A stretch of 64,000 bases of DNA, taken from Octopus sinensis. Taxonomy: Eukaryota. Each line of letters starts with the position of its first letter. The first letter of the stretch is position 1. The position numbers were made by a program, and so were the translations under genes. This document shows positions 1 to 11,752 of the stretch, piece by piece. The notes beneath the pieces were generated by a model, which did no database searches, was not told the DNA's origin, and saw nothing but the letters and a program-made list of their open reading frames with translations. The DNA is taken from positions 19,220,001-19,284,000 of the forward strand of contig NC_043020.1 of NCBI RefSeq assembly GCF_006345805.1. The letters run 5' to 3'.

Positions 1-872
1 AACGTAAGTGCATCATTCAAATGTCCTGCTTTGTGTTTGGCAACCAGATTCTATCAATGAAGAACACAGTGCACGCAATGCACCTTAGGAACAGCTTTTT
101 TTTTTTAGTAAGCACTGAATCCCCGATATCTTCCGATCATAGCAGCAGCGCCATCTGTTGCACAAGCCACAATGTTCTTCAATGGAATGTTGTTCTCTTC
201 AAAATAGGCCTCAAGTTTTTTGAAGATGGATTCCCTTTTTGTGTCGGTCATTAATTTCAAAGCAAAAAGCAATTCTTGACATTAATAAACCCCAAAAATG
301 CCATTAAAAACGCAAAATTATCAGGAGGAGTTGATTCATCTATTTGAAGTGAGAACTCAGTTACCCTAAGTTTTGAAGCTAATTGGCTTTCAACATCAGC
401 TTCCATTTCATCAATCTGTCATGTTACTGATGAGTTGCTCAGAGGAATAACGCTAGTAACCTCTTGTGGACTCTGATCCATGACTGTTGAAATCACTACA
501 GCCACTGCAGGCATGATCAAAGATGGTGTGAGGCTTCCCAGCTTTTGCAATTTAATTTGCTATCTTCTAAGAAGGCAACATTCCTTTGTCTACTTTTTCT
601 GATTTTTGAGTGAACGTTTGATCCAATGTCATCCTTCCTTGAAATATCATCACGTAAACTTTTGAAGAAATCTAGTGGTTTGTCTTTCTTATCTCTATGT
701 GTAGTCTCCAGATGTTTGTTTTTTTAGCTTGCAGCGACACAAACTTCCATTTGAGAATGAAGTCTTGCATAGCAGACACATAGGCATGGTAGAATTTTGA
801 GGAGATTTAATGAATCCATAAGCAAGATATTCAACAGAATATTGTCTACCCTTTTTCAGACGCACTTGCCAT
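1..872 (-). mobile_element. Degenerate hAT (Buster/Charlie-like) transposase remnant, runs off the window start
   Basis: Manual minus-strand translation from ATG at 872, with frameshifts and stops, gives FSLQIDEST, ACATDGAAAMIG and HCVHCVLHR*NLVAK, the catalytic-D and CxxH motifs of Buster/Charlie hAT transposases. Confidence 0.85.
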
Positions 873-1275
873 GTTTATCTGAAATAACAAACAAATATTT
901 TCAAAAAAGTTGAATAAACAAGCGGTTAGTTTCAAGCGTTTTCGTCATGGGTAAATACAGAGTAAGGAAAAACCAATATACCTTTTTAGCCAAGAATAAA
1001 ATTAGATCTAAAACCAAGTTTATAAAGTTAATACATTACGCAGTTAACTAAAGTAAAGGCTATATTAATCAGGAAAACAGATTAATATTTAAAATGATAA
1101 AAATAACAAGACAAAAATTCATCATTCTCTTTTCAGTTGACAATCCAGAAAGAAAATTAATTTGATGAAAAGAAACCAAGTTTTAAAAGTGATAGCTAAA
1201 GCAAGCGAGCTGGTAAAGTCATGGCTGATTAATTGTTGAATCAAACTTGAATTGTCAAAAAGAGTTTGCAAAGTA

Positions 1276-2288
1276 TCAGGTCATCCCATAAGTTCTGTCC
1301 GATTTTACCTTTTTTAAAACTGAATGAAATTTAATAGTATTTTAGAATGTCTAATGGAATTTAAAATTATTTGTATGCATTTGTGTACATTTAAACTAAT
1401 TAAATATTATTTTACAGGATAATAGAATTAAAATTTCTTTGATTAAAACCCTTTCTAACATGGAAATATCCAAAGAGCATTTGAGGAGCATAATTGCTTT
1501 ATGAGTACAAAAAAGGAAACTCTGCAGCTGAAGTGACTCGAAACATGCACTCAGTTTATGGGAAAGAATGCTTGAATGAAAGAACTCGCAGAAGATGGTT
1601 TGCAAAATTCAAAAGTGGAGATTTCAGCCTTGAAGATGATTGAACAGGATGTCCAGTTGAGTTTGATGATGAGCTCCTTGAGGCATTACTTGAAGAAAAT
1701 CCTGCATTATCAGTTGAAGAATTGGCAATAAAGCTTAGTTCAAACCATACAACTGTTCATCGTCATCTTCAATAATTTGGTGGGATTGCAAAGGAGTAAT
1801 TCACTTTGAATTGTTACCACCTAATGCAACAATCAATGCTCAAGTCTACTGTCAGAAAGCTTTGAAGAGAAAAAGACCCGCTTTAGTGAATCGAAAAGGA
1901 GTGATGTTTCATCAGGACAATGCGCGACCCCTCACTGCAAAGATCACATCACAGAAGATCGAAGAGCTTGGTTGGGAAAAAAATTTCTCATCCACCTTAT
2001 TCTTCCGACCTTGCTCATTCAGGCTACCATTTGTATCGTAGTTTACAGAATCTTTTGGCGGACATAACTTTCGCAAGCCGGGAGGAGGTCGAAACTGACA
2101 TTTCGGAGTTCTTCGCTTTGAAACCAAAATAGTTTTACATTGATGGGATTAAAAAGCTTGTAAATAGATGGAAGGAAGTCATAGATAATCAGGGAAAGAA
2201 CATTGATGATTAAATTTCAATTAAATATAACATTTGATCACTTGTTTTCTTTACTCAAAATTCGGACAGAACTTATGGGATGACCTAA
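1276..2288 (+). mobile_element. Internally deleted mariner element with both TIRs
   Basis: TIR tcaggtcatcccataagttctgtccga at 1276 and its reverse complement ending 2288, TA on both sides. Transposase remnant 1460-2213: MEISKEHLR, WFAKFKSGDFSLED, then a jump to FHQDNARP and HPPYSSDLA; the WVPHEL/TGDE block is absent. Confidence 0.93.
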
Positions 2289-2877
2289 TATATTGAAAAT
2301 GTATTTTCTTTTTTAAAGAAAAATGATTTTATAATATATTTTGTTATATTCTATTAAATATAGTTCAATATTAAATTTTACTCTAATTAAATTAAGTATA
2401 TAATACTTTTTCAGTAGCCAATTATTGAATTATTAAATTGATTAATGATTTAATAGTTGTATAAAAGTGCATATAAGAATGAGTTTATCTAATTTTCTAA
2501 TGAATTGTTTGTTTGTTTTCAGGGTACCCTCAGCCTCTCACCTCACTTTTGATTCCCCATCTTAATTTGAATACTTCTCAAAGCTCTCATCAATTATAGG
2601 TTTATTGAAAATAAATCCTATATTCGTATGTAAAGAAACAGTTTTCCTGATGGCTTGGGTTCAGTTTGAATGATTGATCAATGATTTAACTCGGTGGATC
2701 GACCTTTCCACCCTCGCCTCTGACGCTATGGACCTAGATGGAATATTTATGATAATTAAAGTAACTTATAAAAACTTAGGTAAAATGAAGTAAATAAGAA
2801 GTAGATACTTACTAACGATACAGGAAAGTATAATTAAACAAGAAAGTACGGAATCAAGAGGCAGAAGTAGGATGCGA

Positions 2878-2882
<5 letters not shown>

Positions 2883-2962
<80 letters not shown>

Positions 2963-2967
2963 AAGAA

Positions 2968-3037
<70 letters not shown>
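2883..3037 (+). repeat. (GA)n microsatellite
   Basis: Direct reading. Confidence 0.97.
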
Positions 3038-3910
3038 AGTGATATAATTTGAAAAAGCAAAAAAGAAAAATGAATCTTAAAGAGATTTGTGCGGATGTTA
3101 ACCAGTTAGCATGGATGTTGTTGATTGGATGGATTTCCATGTCGTCAATAATGTTGAAGTGGAGGTTTGATTAATAACCGTGACTTTGCCTTCTGTGCTG
3201 TCCATTATATATGTATATTTTGCCGCTTTAAAATTTTAGAGCAATTTGGTAGCTTACGAACTTACGATATGTCTTACGAATCAGACAACACTCAAAATCT
3301 AATATTCTAACACGTGTTCTTTAGGTACATATATGAGTGTAATAGAAAATTAGTACATAAGGATGATCAATAATCTCATTATAAAAGGCAGATTTTATCT
3401 GCCTCCCTTTGTAACTTATAGAAATCTACAATATAGGATTTCTTCAATTACAATTTGCCTAGCATTTTTAAGAGTAGAATGCATCGGGTCATGCCAGGTC
3501 CAGTTTTTAAAATTTAAACTCCAATTAAGCAAAATTTACAGAAAACTCACATTCTGGTGTGTATGTCAAATGCTTTTCTTAGTCTGCAGTGTGCAACGAA
3601 TAAAGTGAAACTAGATGTAATATTTAAAAAGAAAGCAGCAAACAGAAACAAATAAATACATAATGATTTACTCCTCACACAATTTCTTCAATTAGACTTT
3701 ACCTATGATTTTTCCAAGAATTTCCATTGGTTCATGCCATACAAAATTTCTTTCAATTTCACCCCCAATTAAGACAAAATTCGAGAAAACTCGATATTTT
3801 AACATTTCACTTTGAAGCCTTTACTCTGCCTATTACTCCCACTTCCTCTTTAGACACATAGACACGCTAATATATACGACAGTGTCAATTGTTGACAGAC
3901 ATTGTAAACT

Positions 3911-3913
<3 letters not shown>

Positions 3914-3949
<36 letters not shown>

Positions 3950-4001
3950 GTGTCTGTGTGTGTGTGTGTGCGTGTGTGTGAGGGTGCGTGTGTGTGTGTG
4001 T
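3914..4001 (+). repeat. (TG)n microsatellite
   Basis: Direct reading. Confidence 0.95.
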
Positions 4002-4224
4002 GACAGGGACCACCCATTCAGACTGGTCATCCTTTTTGCTAGAAGATCACCTATGCTACACCACTGGTTTTCAGTTCATATTAATCAAATTAATATTCAC
4101 AAGAAGAAGGACTATTCATTATAATACATCAGTTCCATCGGACAACTGCACAAACATTTGCCATTTTACACATGTATGTAAACAAATTCCTTTCTTTTAG
4201 AATTTCAATTCATTTACTTTTTCA

Positions 4225-5048
4225 ATTCATACAAAGTTATTTAGGACGAATATAACATCTAAAGTTATCTCTAAGAAGCAGAAAGATCGCCCAAAAGTGT
4301 ATATAGATATTTAAATGTATTTATATATTCATCTATACACACATGTATGTATAACGTGTGTGTATATATTTCCATAGAGGTAACCATTCACTCCGCACAA
4401 AGTTTTTTAGGACGAAAATAACATCTAAAGTTATCTCTAAGCAGCAGTCGCCCAAAAGTGTATATAGACACACACATGTATGTATAATGTGTGTGTATAT
4501 ATTTCCATAGAGGTAACCATTCACTCCATACAAAGTTATTTAGGACGAATATAAGATCTAAAGTTATCTCTAAGAAACAGAAAGATCGCCCAAAAGTGTA
4601 TATAGATATTTAAATGTATTTATATATTCATCTATACACACATGAATGTATAATGTGTGTGTATATATTTCCATAGAGGTAACCATTCACTCCATACAAA
4701 GTTATTTAGGACGAATATAAGATCTAAAGTTATCTCTAAGAAACAGAAAGATCGCCCAAAAGTGTATATAGATATTTAAATGTATTTATATATTCATCTA
4801 TGCACACATGTATGTATAACGTGTGTGTATATATTTCCATAGAGGTAACCATTCACTCCGCTCAAAGTTTTTTAGGACGAAAATAACATCTAAAGTTATC
4901 TCTAAGAAGCAGAAAGATCGTCCAAAAGTGTATATAGATATTTAAATGTATTTATATATTCATCTATGCACACATGTATGTATAATGTGTGTGTATATAT
5001 TTCCATAGAGGTAACCATTCATCCATACAAAGTTTTTTAGGACGAAAA
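4225..5048 (+). repeat. Tandem array of a ~166 bp unit, about 5 copies plus a partial
   Basis: The acaaagtt..taggacgaa anchor recurs at 4231, 4397, 4530, 4696, 4862 and 5027 (spacings 166, 133, 166, 166, 165). Confidence 0.95.
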
Positions 5049-5892
5049 TCTTTATATATAAAAGAAAGGTTGTGTGTCTGTCTACTCCGATTTAGATTCC
5101 TAACTACTCCCACATTTTGCGATGCAGTTTAACCAAAACCGAGTATCTTATAGTCGTGATTCATATCGAGCCCTTCTGGGTATTAGCGCGCGTCTACGAT
5201 GAGTCTACGATTTTACAAATAATTTACCATCATTTTTCCCATTTTAATGCATTTTTTAAAATTAAGGGAAGTAACTCTCAAACTTCACACCAATATGCGT
5301 GCTCATATGCGACGTAATATCACATCAGCAGCATTTCCTCACACCCTCCTTGCACTTGGCGAAGGCAAAATACCAGGGGATGAAAATGGTAATATTGCCA
5401 TCGATTCCATTTGTACCATTGTTAAGACGCCTTCTGATCTCAGAGATGCAGTGTTCCCAGATCTACAAGCTAATTATCAGAATATGGATTGGATTGGCAA
5501 AAAGGCTATACTAGCCCCGAGGAATAAAACTGTTCACCATATTAATGATGAAATGCTAAAACTCATTCCTGGGGAAGTCTATGTATATCAGTCTATCGAT
5601 ACAACTCCTGACCCAGAGGACGTCATAAACTATCCAATAGAGGTACTCAATTCCTTTCAGCACCCCGGACTACCACCACACATTCTCAAACTTAAAGTTG
5701 GTGCCCCTATAATGCTCATCAGAAATTTGGTTCCTCCAAAACAATGCAATGGCACACGTTTGATCGTTAAGTCCTTATCTCCCAGCGTAAACTTATATCA
5801 ATATTTGCCTGAATAATCATCATCATTCAGTGCAATCATTAACAGTACTTTCAAGTAATTCAGCCCCGAGCAACGCCGGGCAATTCTGCTAG
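5049..5892 (+). mobile_element. Non-autonomous Helitron carrying a PIF1-like helicase fragment
   Basis: 5' TC at 5049, 3' hairpin cccgagcaacgccggg followed by CTAG at 5889-5892, between A and T. ORF 5247-5816 has AILAPRN, HILKLKVGAPIMLIRNL and CNGTRL, typical of the RepHel C-terminal helicase. Confidence 0.92.
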
Positions 5893-5999
5893 TCATAAAT
5901 AAACATATACACGTGTTTCTGATATATATGTGTGTAATGTGCATTTTACAAATAAAAATACATACCTACGTGTTAATATTTTATGATTCCCAAATTTTC

Positions 6000-6119
6000 T
6001 GCCCCCTCCCCCCCCCCGTAGCCCTCTGTGGCTCCCTATTTTTCAAACTTAGCTTTGTGGCCCCCAAGAAATGTTTCATGGCCCCTGAGGGGCCATATGG
6101 CTCCCGTTGAGAAACCCTG
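6000..6119 (-). mobile_element. hAT-type terminal fragment
   Basis: gttgagaaaccctg at 6106-6119 is the reverse complement of CAGGGTTTCTCAAC; the subterminal sequence resembles the MITE at 32487. Confidence 0.6.
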
Positions 6120-6127
6120 CTCTAAAT

Positions 6128-7140
6128 AACACTTACTACATAGCTCATGCAACCCGAGACATATCGAAACAAATATCCCCTTCAAACTTGCAAGAAGAAA
6201 TTGCACCATAGTGTCCGAAAAAATACCAGAAAACTGAGACGCTACTCAATAAACGATGGGATTAAACGTGCAAAATCAATTGACATACAAACATTATGAA
6301 AAGTCGAATACAATAACACACCTATTCTGAAAACACTACCTTATATTTCCACATACAACCCCAGAAACAACGATGCAGTTAACCTCACTGTCCAAAGTCT
6401 CCCAATACTCCATAAGGACCCCAAACTAAAGGAAATTCTACATACCCATCAAATCGTTAAAAGTAGTAAACAGCCAAAGATATTAAAGAAGATTCTCACA
6501 AATGCTAAATTATTCTCAAGAATAACAAACGCAAGAGTAAAAAAATGTGGTCGACCTAACTGCGAAACATGTCTCAATCTTTTGGGACGATCATAATTCC
6601 ATTTTAAACAAAGATAAAAATTCAAAATCAAATCGAATTTCACTTGCGCCTCTGAAAACCTCCTTTATGTCATAAGATACTCGGGCTGTCATAAAAACTA
6701 TATAGATTCCACAGGAATGTCCCTTAGACGAAGATGTACTGTTCACAGACAACAGATCTCTTCCCTATAATATCGACAGATACATCTCAGTGAACACATT
6801 GACAGATTTGCAAGAGTGGGTGGTACCACTCTCAGTGTAGACCTGTGAGTCGGAAGAAAGGAGTTGGAGAGGGCTTTCGTCCTCAGTATTCATGGTAATC
6901 TTGGACGGTGGTGTTCTTTGATCATCCCTAGAGGTCTTCCTGTATCGAGGGGACCCAATCACTATCACTTATTTCCCTCTTCTAGTGTCCTATACTATGT
7001 ATACTTCCCTTCTGCTAGGGTATACCATGTATACTTTTTTTGCCTTTTTTATCATTCCCTTATATGTAAACCGCCCCCACACACTCTATGTCTGTCTTTG
7101 TATTCTCCCCCTCATCCTTCACCTTGGTGGCAAATAAAAT
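6128..7140 (+). mobile_element. Penelope-like retroelement remnant (RT thumb plus GIY-YIG endonuclease)
   Basis: Frameshifted translation: SCNPRHIETNIPFKLARRNCTIVS, LPYISTYNPRN, CGRPNCETC, NFTCASENLLYVI..GCHKNYIDSTG.SLRRRCTVHRQQI. The 3' boundary is uncertain. Confidence 0.8.
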
Positions 7141-7148
7141 AGATCACT

Positions 7149-7173
7149 ATTATTATTATTATCATCATTATTA

Positions 7174-7218
<45 letters not shown>

Positions 7219-7264
7219 CATTATTATTATCATCATCATCATCATCATCATCATTATTATTATC
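7149..7264 (+). repeat. (ATT)n/(ATC)n compound microsatellite
   Basis: Direct reading. Confidence 0.95.
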
Positions 7265-7800
7265 ATTTTGTTTGGCTCAGGTTCAGTCTTATTCCTGGTA
7301 GGATTTTCCTGGTTAGCGGGTTACTGCATCTAACCTTAGGTATCACAAGTTTTCAGCAGTCATTCAAGTACTTAGAACCTTCCTGATAATCCTTGCTGTC
7401 CCTAAAAGACAAACTTTCTGTAGGATCCCTATCGGGCATTCTATTCCAATCTCCTTCAGCCATTTGTCTATATCTTTGTTCCTAGCGCACCAATTATTAC
7501 AGGTTCGACATTTACTGTTCTCATGCTCCAAATTGTTATGTCCGGTTATGTCCGGTCTATTACTTTCCAACTTCTTGCTCTTTTGAATAGGAAAGTCCCA
7601 CAAAATCTTACATTTCTCCGATTCCAGGACTCTTTCGACTCGGTGACTATACCATGTTTCCAACTCCAAATTTCCATGTCTGACACAGTTTCCAATGTAT
7701 AACTTTTACAACCTGGTCGTGCCTCCATTTCTTATAACCTTTCTGTGCCAATTTGGCGCATTTAAGAGATCCTTGAAGCATAGCTTCGTTCGTCCACTTG
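7265..7800 (-). mobile_element. R4/Dong-like (RLE endonuclease) non-LTR retrotransposon, 3' fragment
   Basis: RHDQVVKVIHWKLC, KILWDFPIQ..NRPDI and LQKVCLLGTARIIRKVLST, then a 3' UTR running into (AAT)n on the element strand. Confidence 0.85.
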
Positions 7801-7814
7801 TTATCCAGGTATTT

Positions 7815-9492
7815 TATTATGCGTCGTTGAGCGTTGGACGGACGGACGGACCGGTTAAACTGACCGGGGTCTGGTTCGGTCCGGACCTCCAGATGGATAA
7901 AAACTGGGACGAGATAACGAGCAGGGTGCCTACTCTCACCCAGAAATGGGTCTAGAGAAAACTATCCTGAAAGGTCGGGCAGAGGTGTCTAACGCGTATA
8001 TCGCGTTTGTCATTCCCTATCGCTTGACCGTCGTGCCTTGTCCTGGCCACCCCCTGATTACGCTGGAGCTTCTTGTGGAAGGGACGCGTCCTGATATTCA
8101 GGCGGTCTGTCTGCTGTCAACACCCGCTGAGTGGTGGCCTGGGAATGCCGTGGTTGATGATGCGCAGACATGCGGTGAGGCTACGACATCTGCAGTACTT
8201 CTTTGACAGTGGACAGGTGTGGTCGCCGTTCGCCAGACATGTATTTCCGCGACTAGTTTTTCTAACGGAGCTGCAGTCCTGGATAAGACAGAGACCGACG
8301 GGAACAATTGGAAAGGGAAATGTCTTCAAGCGCTCACAGCCCACAGCCAATTGGACACTTTAGCTTTTGTAGAGGATTAGTGGAGGAAAAGTGCGACGAC
8401 GTTCTTGGGAAGATTTTCGGCGTCGAAGATCTACTAGCCGCTCATTTCTGGAGCACTTTCAGCACGGGACCGATGGATAATTTCCCAAAATCTCTCGCCT
8501 AGCAGTGCTACCGGGGAGCTTCGCCTGTTCGAGATAAACTTTACAGGCACGGAAGTGCCATCAGCCGAGCATGTCCAAGATGCGCGCAGGATGACGAGAC
8601 AGTCCTGCATGCTCTCATCCAGTGCCCGAGCATTGCTGACCTGTGGATTTACGTCGAACACCTGCTGTCGCGTGCGGGACGGATTCAGCTGTCAACTGAA
8701 TCCATCGTGAAGATCGCTCCGCCGTCTTCCTTTAACCGAGAAGGAAAAGCTCTTTTATATGCCTGGTGGCCATAGCGAAAGAGGTTGTCTGGTGGGCGAG
8801 ATTGAAGGGGCTGAAGACAAACACTTTTCTCTTTGACCAATCCCTGATGAACTTCTTCAAGTTTCAATTGAAAAGGAAAATAAGGGTAGAGAGGGAAGTG
8901 ATGTCCTCTAGCCAATTTGCTGAAAGGTGGATGAAAGTGGAGAAAAGGTGGCGAGCTGGGAGAAACGTTAACACGCCGGATGAAATGCTTAGCAGTATTT
9001 CGTCTGCCGCTACGTTCTGAGTTCAAATTCCGCCGAGATCGACTTTGCCTTTCATCCTTTCGGGGTCGATAAATTAAGTACCAGTTGCATACTGGGGTCG
9101 ATCTAATCGACTTAATCCGTTTGCCTGTCCTTGGTTGTCCTCTCTGTGTTTAGCCTCTTGTGGGTAGTAAAGATATAGAAAGTGGAGAAAATGGTACGAG
9201 TGGACGGGCCTGCCCTCAGCGTATGCCTGTTGTTGAAAACAAGGAAAGGAAAAAAGGCACCTGCCCCAAAAGTCAACGTACCTATGGCTTTTCTATGGGG
9301 TCTTTCTATGAGCAGCCCTCGAACATTTCCTCCCTATTGAGGATCACACATTGTTGATTTTAAAAAATTTTCTTGGTCTTGTTTACACGCAAAATCCTCA
9401 CAACACACACACACACACACATTCTTTGTTTTGTTCTGTACTGTCCATAATGTTTTTCTTGATGTAAACCCTTATGGTTAATAAAGAAACCA
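7815..9492 (+). mobile_element. 5'-truncated Tx1/L1-like LINE interrupted by a SINE
   Basis: GVWFGPDLQ, LKGRAEVSNAYIA, QHPLSGGLGMP and the zinc-finger-like CPRCAQDDETVLHALIQC. The reading continues after the SINE (KVEKMVRVDG); the 3' end cccttatggttaataaagaa is followed by (ATT)n. Confidence 0.8.
8947..9177 (+). mobile_element. tRNA-like SINE, family R, monomer with 14 bp TSD
   Basis: A-box-like head ggcgagctgg, B-box-like gagttcaaattcc; gaaagtggagaaaa is duplicated at 8933-8946 and 9178-9191. Confidence 0.9.
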
Positions 9493-9653
9493 TCATTATT
9501 ATTATTATTGCATTTCATCCGTCTTTACGTCCAAAGATCAATTCCCGCCTAGACCGGATTTGTCTTTGACCCTTACGGGCTCGATAAAAGAAAGCATTGG
9601 TTGAACACTAGAGTCGATGTAATCGATTTAACTCATCCCTCGAAATTTGAAAC

Positions 9654-9695
<42 letters not shown>

Positions 9696-10269
9696 CATCA
9701 TCATTATTTCTATTATCATTACTATATTCAGCTTGTTCCTGCTTTACTTCTTGATTCACCTATGTGTCACGCTTACGTCATCAAGGGAGGCAATATCTCG
9801 AAATTAAAATTATATATACAGGGGAGAATGGGGAGAAAGAACAGAAACGAAACGAAACGGGCATAACTGAATCAGTGAATAGAAAGGGAAAACATGCAAG
9901 AGAGAGAGAGAGAGGGAGGAGTTCCATTTTACCAGAGAGAGTGAGGGAAAGGGAGAAGATCTATATTATTCTGCATTTGCGTGTTAAAATCGCTGGCACA
10001 ATAGAAATATTGACATAATGAAACAATGTCATGAAGATATATAACTTTATACTTTAACAGATATATCGATGGATAGGTGAATTAAAATAAAATAACCTTA
10101 GCAAATAGCTTTGGAAGTTACACTCTTATCTTTTACGTCAATCAGAGCAAAATCTGTGGCCATTCAAGGGCACTGCTAATATTAATTCTTTTTGCTTTGC
10201 TTTGTTATTAGGTTTAAGCGCTTGTCGGTAGTATTAAAGTAAAAACATCGGCAAAAATGAAAGTAGATA

Positions 10270-10765
10270 TGATATTTAGAAAGACAGACAAACAGTCAGG
10301 CAGGCAAAAGGCAGACTGGCAGGAAAGCGGGGAAGAGGGTAGGCAGGCTGACAGTCAGGCAAGCAAGCAGATAGTCAGGCTACCAGGCTGGCAGGTAATC
10401 TGACAGGCGGGTAGGCAAGCAATCAGGTAGGCAGGCAGGCAAGCAGACAGGCTGGCAGGTAGGCAGGCAGGTAGGCAAGCAGGGAAGCAGGCAGACAGGC
10501 AGGCAGGCTGGCTTGGCAGGCAAGCAAGCAAGCAGGTAAGAAGTTAGGCAGGCAGGCTAGCAGGCAAGCGGGCTGGCAGATAGGCAAGCTTGTAGGCTGG
10601 CAGGCAAGCTGACAAGCAGGCTGGCTGTCAGGCTGTAAGGCAGGCAGTCAAGCAGGCAAGTAGGCAGGCTGGCAGGCTTGCAGGCAGGCAAGCCAACATG
10701 CAAGCAGGCAGGCCGGCAGGCCGGCAGGCAAGCAAGGCAAGAAGACAGGCAGGCATGTAGATGCA
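10270..10765 (+). repeat. Degenerate (GGCA)n/(GCAA)n tetranucleotide tract
   Basis: Direct reading. Confidence 0.9.
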
Positions 10766-11334
10766 TGTCATTTATATTACCTTCAGTTCATGCTGTTTGT
10801 AAATTACAGTCTATGATCACATACAATGCCTATTTCATACACGTTTAAATTAGTTCGTGTTTTGTATTTCTGCTTCTATATGTACGTCGCATACATCTTC
10901 TATAGTCCCGTTTGTAATGTAGAATGTTTGCATCTTATTCAGTGGGTATCATGTTTTTGTTTTATGTACATATCGTAATCATATAAAATATAGTTTGTAT
11001 TTATTTACGTTGTAAATATGTAATAAAGATTGCAAATAACAAACATTTAATCAACATATGTGAATAAGTTTTATTTTTTAAATTTGTCTTTTCTTTCCTT
11101 AAACTGTAAAGTACATCGTATCTGTCGAATGTATTTCAAGGAGGTAAGTAAGAAATACCTTCAAAATTCATTTCAATTAGGTCTTAAAGTAGTGTTTTTA
11201 TTAAATGGCAGGATGTCAAAAGCAGTTTTTGGAACTCCTTGCTTGCGCTTAATATGCTAATATGATATTTTCACATGTGCTAACTTTTACCATGGAATTT
11301 CAAAAGGTCCTGCTAGTTATTATCATTATTATTA

Positions 11335-11387
<53 letters not shown>

Positions 11388-11678
11388 GAGTGAGAGAGCA
11401 GTGCATGCCATCAAAGTGACACTGGGGTAAAATATACAAAGCCCAATATACCCATCATGACTACCCGTCTGATAAAGGTACACCAGGTACATGCATCACA
11501 ACCATATGTGCGCGACATGGTGATCTCATATCATGATAAACAGCACATGACCTTGCAGGTGGGGCCCAGTTAGAATTTTCTTCAGGTCGAGTAGCCCATC
11601 CCGCTCAAAAGGTCCCTGAATAAGGGTTGTTTAAGGATGTTGAAAGAACCACCCATGTTTCCAGAGGTGAATTATTCA
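11388..11678 (-). repeat. Unclassified ~290 bp element embedded in an (AAT)n tract
   Basis: Complex sequence flanked on both sides by long (ATT)n runs (about 11320-11387 and 11679-11751); no coding similarity recognised. Strand is inferred by analogy with neighbouring R4-like tails. Confidence 0.5.

Positions 11679-11751
<73 letters not shown>

Positions 11752-11752
<1 letters not shown>

Noticed and set aside
2505-2530. Isolated splice signals (acceptor near 2522; donors near 11143 and 58679)
   Set aside because: No coherent exon or open frame could be attached, and such motifs arise by chance in 64 kb.
2766-3140. ORFs rich in SL, HT, YI, CV, poly-I, poly-N or poly-D here and throughout (for example 18766-19669, 46720-47289, 55493-55996)
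   Set aside because: They are translations of di- and trinucleotide microsatellites, with no splice or domain support.
4225-5048. Regularly spaced repeats as a possible CRISPR array
   Set aside because: The units are near-identical along their whole length with no unique spacers, and the context is eukaryotic.
8845-8880. Other CTGAnGA matches (for example near 428, 8846, 33438, 37468, 57468)
   Set aside because: They lack a stem II followed directly by GAAA or lack helices I and III; most lie in TE coding remnants.
8940-8960. Tx1-like element inserting specifically next to SINEs
   Set aside because: The 14 bp TSD and resumed reading frame show the SINE inserted into the LINE, not the reverse.
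8947-9030. SINE heads as true tRNA genes
   Set aside because: A/B-box-like motifs are present, but I see no complete cloverleaf, and each continues into a repeat body with TSDs.
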